From positions 1 to 57,200 of the IMG/VR virus record IMGVR_UViG_3300032331_001209: 57,200 nt of DNA. The stretch is one strand, 5' to 3'. The stretch is from a virus. Lineage: Duplodnaviria > Caudoviricetes. Shown one piece after another: positions 27,457 to 34,104 of the stretch (position 1 is the first letter of the stretch; the number at the start of each line of letters is the position of its first letter). The position numbers and the translations under genes were made by a program. The notes beneath the pieces were generated by a model. That model worked only from the letters and a program-made list of their open reading frames with translations. It did no database searches and was not told the DNA's origin.

Positions 27457-27491
27457 ACGATAGGGGGGCGATAGGCGTACCGTAGGAACCT

Positions 27492-28046
27492 ATGCCACTC
27501 ACCGTTATCGTCGGTCCAATGTTCTCGGAAAAGTCCACCACCTTGCACCGTTACGTCTCGCGGGCGTTGCGGGCCAAGAAGCGCGTGGACGTGGTCGTGC
27601 CCGTGGTGGACACCCGCAGCAAGGGGCAGGTGGTCACCCACTCCGGGCTCACCTTGGAGTCACTGGGCGTCACACCCCGCACGGCGGCGAGCTCCGCAGA
27701 CCTGTACCGGGCGATGCCCTCCCCCGCCCCGGACCTCATGGTGATCGAGGAGGCCCAGTTCTTCGACATCGACCTCCCGCTGTGGGTCGGGAAGCTGGTC
27801 GAACAGGGCATCCACGTCGTCGCGGCGGGGCTCGATCTCACCAGCGAGGGCGGACCCTTCGGCCCGATGGGGCACCTCATGTGCCTCGCGGACCGGGTCG
27901 AGAAGCTCACGGCGATCTGCGCGTGCGGCGCGGAGGCCACCCGGACGAAGTGCCGGGTCAAGAAGGACGGGGATGTGCTGGTGGGGGGCGGCGGGGAGTA
28001 CGTCCCGGCGTGTTTGAAGTGCTGGCGGAAGCACCTCAAGCGATAG
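27492..28046 (+). CDS. tdk: Thymidine kinase (type II)
   Basis: GPMFSEKST P-loop, IEEAQFF, VAAGLD, KLTAICACG and GGGEYVPACLKC. Confidence 0.93.
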   Translation: MPLTVIVGPMFSEKSTTLHRYVSRALRAKKRVDVVVPVVDTRSKGQVVTHSGLTLESLGVTPRTAASSADLYRAMPSPAPDLMVIEEAQFFDIDLPLWVGKLVEQGIHVVAAGLDLTSEGGPFGPMGHLMCLADRVEKLTAICACGAEATRTKCRVKKDGDVLVGGGGEYVPACLKCWRKHLKR

Positions 28047-28047
28047 A

Positions 28048-28527
28048 TCAGCTTCCAGCCAGATAATCGCGCAGCCGATCACCCACCAACTTGGCAATGT
28101 CCGCACCCAGTTTCGGGACGGACACATGAGACCAGTAGTTGTTGAAGTACTTCAGCGGGACTTTCACCGCGACGTTCTTCCCGCCACGCCCAAAAGTGTA
28201 CTCCACCGTGTAGTTCTCTGTGGTGTCAACATCGACCCAGATGTAGTCGTTGCCTTTGGGGTCGTCAGAGAAGTACCCCACGATCTCCAACTTCAGCGAG
28301 TTGGGGATGAGGTTCAGGGCGTCAAACCTGAGAACCCCCCTGAACCCTGCATCCAATTGGTTGAGGATGGCGTTGCCAAGGTCGCGGGTCAGATTCTTTT
28401 TGGCACCGTAGAGAGAATCGGCGTCGGGTGCTGCCGTCTTGGTGAGGAGGGGCATGAGGTGCGAACGGAGCTCCGGGTTGGTGTGAGCCAGCCGGATGAT
28501 CTTGGAACGGAGTGCTTGGTCGCTCAT
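28048..28527 (-). CDS. Leader-bearing protein 4 (leader + AT-richer unknown domain)
   Basis: Begins MSDQALRSKIIRLAHTNPELRSHLMPLLTKTAA. Confidence 0.8.
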   Translation of the reverse strand: MSDQALRSKIIRLAHTNPELRSHLMPLLTKTAAPDADSLYGAKKNLTRDLGNAILNQLDAGFRGVLRFDALNLIPNSLKLEIVGYFSDDPKGNDYIWVDVDTTENYTVEYTFGRGGKNVAVKVPLKYFNNYWSHVSVPKLGADIAKLVGDRLRDYLAGS

Positions 28528-28559
28528 TGAGATGGAACCTTTTCTTACGGGGTGGGGGG

Positions 28560-28574
28560 GATAGTCGGTCAAAC
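28560..28574 (-). promoter_or_regulatory. Putative late promoter (GTTTGACCGACTATC)
   Basis: Motif family member overlapping the stop codon of the 967-aa gene. Confidence 0.55.
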
Positions 28575-31472
28575 GAGGTTCGGCCAACCGTCGAGGGCGG
28601 CGAGGATCTTCTTGGCGGCGGTCTCCCCGTCCGTGACCTTCACGGGCTTGGCGGGGGCGTTCTCGTTCGTGCGGTCGATCACCGTGAGGTAGACCGAGGT
28701 ATCTCCCAGCGTGCTCTGGGTCAGCAAGAACTGCTGGTACTCGGGGAGGCCCGCCTCGACGTGCTCGGGCAGCGGGTACGCCGTGAGGTACACGTCGAAC
28801 ACCATCGCGTCCACGGTGCGGTCGCCCAGCTTGGCCGGGGCGAAGTGCGGGTGGACGGTGACCGACACGCTGTTCGGGTAGTTCAAGGCTCCTCGCACCG
28901 TCTCCCGCGCCTCGGTGGAGATCAGTCGGAGATCCTTGGGCATGATCTTCTGCGAGAGCGCCGAGAGCACCTCCCGCGCCTGTGCCCGGAACGCCTCAAA
29001 CCGCTCGTAGAGCATCTGGGCGTCCCGCAGGGCCATGCTGACCGTGGCGTCGCCGGGGTGCTGGACGAGGTAGGTGCGGCAGTGGGCGATGACGCGCTCG
29101 GCGTGTCGCATCCCATGCTCAGACTTGGCGAACACCTCCGTCTGCGAGTGCAGGGTGAGCGCCGCGATGCGCCCGACGATGGGCATCGGCACCGTCTCCG
29201 CGTAGGTGTCCAGCACCGCTTGGATGTCCGACGCCAGTGCCTCCAGCGTCTCCACGTCCCCGGCGATGACCTCCAGCGGATCGGGGGCCTTGGTGTGCTG
29301 GGCAACGACACGACGGACAGACGCAGTTCTCATGAGAGGCTCCTCGCAGGACGCAGGAGGCGGGTCTTGCCGCCCCTTCCAGAACACGGTGACGACTTCG
29401 ACGCGCCCGTTGTCCGTGGCGAATACCACCTTCAGCCGGGTCTTGGGGTCCACCCACTCGATCTTGTCCTGCGACAAGAGGGCCTCGTACTCACGAGGGT
29501 CTCGTTGCTGGAGCCCCTGCGCGTAGGCGATGAACGAGTTGAGGGCTCCCGCCACGTCCCTCACCGTGATGGACCTGTAGTCCATACGGAACTGGGCGTG
29601 GGGCAGGATCGTGAAGCTCTTGAAGCCAGAGCCCGATTCGGTGGTCAGCGGGTAGACCTTCCGGGCGTCTTGGTTCGTGAGGTCGCCCGTCTCGGCATCC
29701 TCGACGAGGTCTTCCCGCAGCCCCGGGTTGCGGATGGCGTTGTTGATGCGCTCCACCACCTTGCAAGGGCCACCGTTGACTCCCAAGGGAGGCGAGAGGT
29801 CCGCCGTCTTGCGTGCGGCGGCGAAGTCCGCCGATGCCTTCAAGAGAGACTCCGACAGGGGGCTGAACACGGGGGCGAACCCCGACTCGATCACTTCCAT
29901 GCGGAGCGCCCCGAGGACACCCGCAAGCCTCCTCGTGAAGGCGGACAGGTCCCCCTCTTGGTACGCATCCTCGGCCAGATCCAGCGCGTGGCCCGAAGCC
30001 GAGAACTTTCCGGGCTTGAGTTGCGGAGGGGAGAATGCGAGCGCGTCGTTGACCAGACCCCCGGCCCGCTGAAGCTCCCCCGGGGGCACCCCAAGGGACT
30101 TGGACAGGAACAGGAGCTCCTTGAGAAACCGTGTGAGGGCCGTGGCGAACTTGTCAGATGTCACTCGGGCCTTCTGTACGGCCAAGAAGTTCAGCGCGAG
30201 CGGTGAAAACTCTACTCCGACACTGGCCGTCTTCTTGGCCTTCTCGTCGGCGGTCTCCATCTGCTTCTTGACCTTCTCGGCCCACGCTCGTCCGGGGTCG
30301 CCACCCCAGATCAACCACGAGACGTTGCCCTTGTCGTTCCAAGGCTCGCCCTTGTGCTCGGGGGCGACGCCCTTGTTCTTCTCGTGGCGGGAGAAGAACG
30401 CCGTCATCTGCTTGATGGTGTCGGGCGAGATATTGTCCCGGTTCTTGAGGTTCACGGCCCGCTGGACGCCACTGCCGATGCCCTGCTTCGCGGCTTCCGC
30501 AGGGGTGAGCCCGCCCTTCTGCGAGGGCGATGCCTTCTCCCGGTACTCCAAGCCCTTCTCGGCGGCGTCAGCGACCGACTGTGGGGGCTTGAAGTCGATG
30601 TGCTTGTACTTCTCGGGCACGTCGGCGGTGACCCGTCTGGACGCCATTTTCACAGGTTCGACCCTCGGGTAGCGGAACTCCCAGTGACCGGGGTGATCCG
30701 GGTGGACTGCGATGGGGTCACCGATGAACACCGGGTGGTCGGTCTCGTCGAACACGAAGTCGAGGTCGGGCGGATAGACCACGAGGATCATCGACCCCCA
30801 CTCAAAACGGCCCACCTCGTCCACGGCCCGCACCGTGTCACCCACCGCGACGCTGCACTGGAAGTCTTGGATGGTCTTCTCACCGATGCAGCACAGGAAC
30901 ACCCGCCCGAAGCGCGTGCCAAGCTGGATGACCGTGACGTTGTTCCGCCCGAAAGGGTCCGTGTCCGAGGCGAAGCGGTAGACGCCCTGCACGACGCCAC
31001 CGATGGGTGCATAGACCCGGTGGCAGTCGTGGAGGTACAGGCTCATCTTGATGAACTTGTGCCCGCCGACGGACGGCTCCAAGAACTTCAGAGCCTCAAG
31101 GACGTTCGCCCTGCCCTGCTTCAGTTCGATCAGACCGTCGCCCACCCTTCCCGTGTACTCGATCTTGCCCTCGGCGGGAGAGCACAGGTCGGCGTGCTGG
31201 GCCATCTTCCTCGACGCCAGAAGCGTCTCCGGGGTGGGCGTCCGAAGGAACCAATCGTGGAAGGTGCGGTAGTCCGTGGGGAAGAACACGGAGCGCGGGA
31301 CGGTGTAGCCGCCCTTGGCGCTCATCCAATCCGCCAGACGGTTGAAGTCGATGCCCACGCTGTCCCGGCGAGCCCCCAAGTCACGGAGGTTGCGGAACAC
31401 CTCTTGGACGAGCTCGTGAGAGACGAGGTCCGGGTTCTGATACAGGGGCGTGAGCGGGTCGCGCATGGTCAC
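28569..31472 (-). CDS. Multidomain polyprotein-like protein: phosphatidylserine decarboxylase-like + phage head 'WGG' domain + DUF4258/RelE-like + unknown domains
   Basis: SPAEGKI...YLHDCHRVYAP...DEVGRFEWGSMI (PSD-like); FKPPQSVADAAEKGL...FFSRHEKNK...WLIWGGDPGRAWA; PHAQFRMDYRSIT...LKVVF...VVTVFW. Confidence 0.75.
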   Translation of the reverse strand: MTMRDPLTPLYQNPDLVSHELVQEVFRNLRDLGARRDSVGIDFNRLADWMSAKGGYTVPRSVFFPTDYRTFHDWFLRTPTPETLLASRKMAQHADLCSPAEGKIEYTGRVGDGLIELKQGRANVLEALKFLEPSVGGHKFIKMSLYLHDCHRVYAPIGGVVQGVYRFASDTDPFGRNNVTVIQLGTRFGRVFLCCIGEKTIQDFQCSVAVGDTVRAVDEVGRFEWGSMILVVYPPDLDFVFDETDHPVFIGDPIAVHPDHPGHWEFRYPRVEPVKMASRRVTADVPEKYKHIDFKPPQSVADAAEKGLEYREKASPSQKGGLTPAEAAKQGIGSGVQRAVNLKNRDNISPDTIKQMTAFFSRHEKNKGVAPEHKGEPWNDKGNVSWLIWGGDPGRAWAEKVKKQMETADEKAKKTASVGVEFSPLALNFLAVQKARVTSDKFATALTRFLKELLFLSKSLGVPPGELQRAGGLVNDALAFSPPQLKPGKFSASGHALDLAEDAYQEGDLSAFTRRLAGVLGALRMEVIESGFAPVFSPLSESLLKASADFAAARKTADLSPPLGVNGGPCKVVERINNAIRNPGLREDLVEDAETGDLTNQDARKVYPLTTESGSGFKSFTILPHAQFRMDYRSITVRDVAGALNSFIAYAQGLQQRDPREYEALLSQDKIEWVDPKTRLKVVFATDNGRVEVVTVFWKGRQDPPPASCEEPLMRTASVRRVVAQHTKAPDPLEVIAGDVETLEALASDIQAVLDTYAETVPMPIVGRIAALTLHSQTEVFAKSEHGMRHAERVIAHCRTYLVQHPGDATVSMALRDAQMLYERFEAFRAQAREVLSALSQKIMPKDLRLISTEARETVRGALNYPNSVSVTVHPHFAPAKLGDRTVDAMVFDVYLTAYPLPEHVEAGLPEYQQFLLTQSTLGDTSVYLTVIDRTNENAPAKPVKVTDGETAAKKILAALDGWPNLV

Positions 31473-31543
31473 GTCTTGCCCACGGCGTCGATGAGCGCAC
31501 GGGCGGTCTCGGGAGTAGCACCGATGGAGGTGTAGATGGGCAT
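31469..31543 (-). CDS. 24-aa small ORF coupled to the polyprotein start
   Basis: GAGAGGA SD; MPIYTSIGATPETARALIDAVGKT*; stop overlaps the GTG at 31472 (GTGA). Confidence 0.5.
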   Translation of the reverse strand: MPIYTSIGATPETARALIDAVGKT

Positions 31544-31555
31544 GGAGTTCCTCTC

Positions 31556-32530
31556 CTAGTAGCGGCGCGATAGGCGGGCAAACTTCTGGGCGACGCGGGT
31601 TGGGTTGGGGGCGAGGTACCGGGAGGCCACTCGGGAGGCGAGCTTCACGGGCTCGACGCCCTTGCGGACGAGACCCGTCTTGGGGCTGACCTCGACCACT
31701 TCCTTGCCGCCGTTGCGGTAGCTGAACACCCGCACGGCGATCTTGGGCTTGTAGCCCTCGGGCAGGCGGTCCTCCAGCCCCCCGTAGTCCATCTTGCCGG
31801 GGATGACGTAGAAGTCCAACTCTCGGTCGGTGAGGTTCATCACCATCTGCGAGGTCGTCGCCATCGTGTCCACGTCCCGCACAGGGTCATTTTGCGTGCG
31901 CGGCCCCTCGGAGCGGTTCTTCATGAGGTCCGGGCCAAGGTCCGTGGGAGCCTTGCTCTGACGGAGGATCTGGGTGGCCTTCTCCTTCCGCGCCGCCGAG
32001 GACAGGTAGCCCTCACCGTCGGTGTAGCCCGTCCCGCCCGTGTCGCGCCCGTGGTTGGTGCGGACGTGAATCTCGCTCCCGTCCAAAGGCTTGATGATGC
32101 AGTCGCCGTTGATGAGCTCGACGGAGAACGCCCGGTTGGGGTCGCTCACGAACGAGTGACCTTCCAGCCCACCAAGGTGGGAGCACAGCGAGTCGATGGC
32201 TTCCTTGACCGTCTCGCACGCGAGAGCCTTGAGGATGCGTGCCCCGTCGAGGGACTTGCCCTTCTTGCCCTTCTTGTCCTCGACGGCCTTGCCCATGCCC
32301 TCGGCCTCGTCGAGGCCCACGGCGAGCGCCGCGTTGGCGATCCCGATGCCGTACTCGTTGATGCCCTCGCACCAGCCCGTGACGCTGTCGCGCATGTACG
32401 CGACCTCGACACCGTCGAGAAGTTCTCGGACGATGGTCACCCTCGGGATGTACTTGCGGTCGCGGTTCTTGAGAAGCGACCGCTTCCCGTCCCACACACC
32501 AGCAGCAATGACGCAAGCGAGTCTGTCCAT
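31556..32530 (-). CDS. Ntn-hydrolase (peptidase C45/C69-like)
   Basis: MDRLA-CVIAA...LLKNRD...EGINEYGIGIAN...HVRTNH; Cys nucleophile at residue 6. Confidence 0.82.
   Translation of the reverse strand: MDRLACVIAAGVWDGKRSLLKNRDRKYIPRVTIVRELLDGVEVAYMRDSVTGWCEGINEYGIGIANAALAVGLDEAEGMGKAVEDKKGKKGKSLDGARILKALACETVKEAIDSLCSHLGGLEGHSFVSDPNRAFSVELINGDCIIKPLDGSEIHVRTNHGRDTGGTGYTDGEGYLSSAARKEKATQILRQSKAPTDLGPDLMKNRSEGPRTQNDPVRDVDTMATTSQMVMNLTDRELDFYVIPGKMDYGGLEDRLPEGYKPKIAVRVFSYRNGGKEVVEVSPKTGLVRKGVEPVKLASRVASRYLAPNPTRVAQKFARLSRRY
31569..31583 (-). promoter_or_regulatory. Putative late promoter (GTTTGCCCGCCTATC) inside the last codons of the Ntn-hydrolase gene
   Basis: Full match to the motif family, 25 nt upstream of the small ORF start. 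Confidence 0.55.
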
Positions 32531-32558
32531 AGGGGGATTGGTCCTACGGGCGCGGAGT

Positions 32559-32573
32559 GATAGAACGGGAAAC
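32559..32573 (-). promoter_or_regulatory. Putative late promoter (GTTTCCCGTTCTATC)
   Basis: Motif family member upstream of the Ntn-hydrolase. Confidence 0.6.
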
Positions 32574-32628
32574 GCCCCAGACGGGGTGACCCATCCGGGG
32601 CGTTTCTCACGGGCACGGGGATGTTGGA

Positions 32629-32862
32629 TCAGCCCTCGTAGCCAGCGGGCTTGGCCTTCGCGGCGGCGAGGCTCGCGTCGCGCGCGGCTTGATCCTTCGT
32701 GACGGTCTTGCCCTTGACCGCCGGGGTCTCCTGTCCCCACTCCGACACGAACACCAGAACGGTGCCCACGGGCTGGGTCTTGGGGTCCACGGGGGTCTTG
32801 GCGGCGTCGCCCATCACATAGACGAACGGGGTGGCCTTCTCACGGGGGGTGCGGGTAGTCAT
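32629..32862 (-). CDS. Small hypothetical protein
   Basis: AAGGAG SD, then MTTRTPREKATPFVY... Confidence 0.65.
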   Translation of the reverse strand: MTTRTPREKATPFVYVMGDAAKTPVDPKTQPVGTVLVFVSEWGQETPAVKGKTVTKDQAARDASLAAAKAKPAGYEG

Positions 32863-32881
32863 GGTCGGGGGTCTCCTTGGA

Positions 32882-33982
32882 TCAGGGGGTGTGCCCGCCC
32901 GCGACACACGCGGCGGCGAGGCGGTCGAGGGCTTCGTGGACGCTCATCTGGGTGCTGCCGCCCCAATCCGACGAGTTGTCCGGGTAGTAGGTGGTGAAGC
33001 TCTGGTACTGGTCCCACTCCCACACATCTTGGTTCTCACGGACGTAGGTGCCGGGGGCCGGGAACGTGGCGAGGTAGCCGGGGCCGAAGAACGTGTCGTT
33101 GCCGATCCAGCAGGGCGACCCGTCCGTCTGCACGACGGCGCTGCCAAACACGAAGAAGGCGTACCAGCGGATCGACGTGCCGTTCTTCAGACGCAGGTAC
33201 AGGGTGGCGTTCGCGTAAACCGCGAAGCTACCAAACTCGTAGTTGCCGAAGCGGAAGTCACAGTTGTCGAGCGTGAAGGTCGTGTCCGTGCCCTCGTAGG
33301 TGCGGCACTGGAACACCGACGTGTCGAGGACCACGTCCTGCTCGTCGCTAATCGGGTCACCGGGCGCGGCGTTCCCGTCCCAGCCCAGATTGCGAATCGT
33401 GAGGGTCGAAGTCTCGGCGGACACCGAGTCGATCTCGAACGCGCCCGCGTTGTCGATGATGACGAGCACGCCCGCGACGAAGCCGTTGACGAAGTTGTCC
33501 ACGGTCACGGTGGCGGTATCGCCCACGTTGGGCATCGTGAAGGCGGACGTTGTGTACGTCGCCGTCCCGCTTCCTTGCCCGCGGAAGAAAATGTTCTTGA
33601 GGCCCGCGCACCCGTAGATGTGGCACGGCCACTCGTAGCCGCCGTCCGCTTCAAGGTACTGGAGGTACTGGTAGGGGCGGAAGCTGTAGTCGTAGTCGTC
33701 CCACCCGTAGGACACGCCCACGATGGTGGTGTTGTTGAGGTGCCACTCACCCGGTGGGAGGTAGATGTCTTCCTGCGACGGGTTGAAGATGTAGATGCTG
33801 GTCTCGGGTGCGGAGCTCGATTGCACCGCCGCCACGGCCTCGCCCCACGTCGCCACCGCCCCGGTGGGGAGGGGATCGCTGAAGGGAGCCCACACGATGG
33901 TGGGGACAGAGCGGTTCGGGGCCGCGCCGACTTGGTTGAGCGCCGTCTGTTCGGTCGCTCCGACTGCTGCGAAGATGGGCAT
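32882..33982 (-). CDS. Acidic beta-rich protein, possibly virion fibre/decoration
   Basis: AGGAG SD; Tyr/Asp-rich; C-terminal YYPDNSSDW...VHEALDRLA fibre-type motif. Confidence 0.65.
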   Translation of the reverse strand: MPIFAAVGATEQTALNQVGAAPNRSVPTIVWAPFSDPLPTGAVATWGEAVAAVQSSSAPETSIYIFNPSQEDIYLPPGEWHLNNTTIVGVSYGWDDYDYSFRPYQYLQYLEADGGYEWPCHIYGCAGLKNIFFRGQGSGTATYTTSAFTMPNVGDTATVTVDNFVNGFVAGVLVIIDNAGAFEIDSVSAETSTLTIRNLGWDGNAAPGDPISDEQDVVLDTSVFQCRTYEGTDTTFTLDNCDFRFGNYEFGSFAVYANATLYLRLKNGTSIRWYAFFVFGSAVVQTDGSPCWIGNDTFFGPGYLATFPAPGTYVRENQDVWEWDQYQSFTTYYPDNSSDWGGSTQMSVHEALDRLAAACVAGGHTP

Positions 33983-34088
33983 GAAGTTCTCCTGCGGTTG
34001 TCTGGCGACCTAACGCCGAGGTTGAAAGCTAACGCTTGGCCGGGGCACAACCCCGGACAGGGCCGACCTACCTAGCTAGAGACGCCGC

Positions 34089-34103
34089 TATAGGCGGGAA
34101 ACC
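34089..34103 (-). promoter_or_regulatory. Putative late promoter (GGTTTCCCGCCTATA)
   Basis: Motif family member immediately after the 34105 stop. Confidence 0.55.
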
Positions 34104-34104
34104 G

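Noticed and set aside
32531-32740. Long N-terminal extension of the Ntn-hydrolase ORF
   Set aside because: Overlaps the upstream gene and the promoter motif; the ATG at 32530 fits better.
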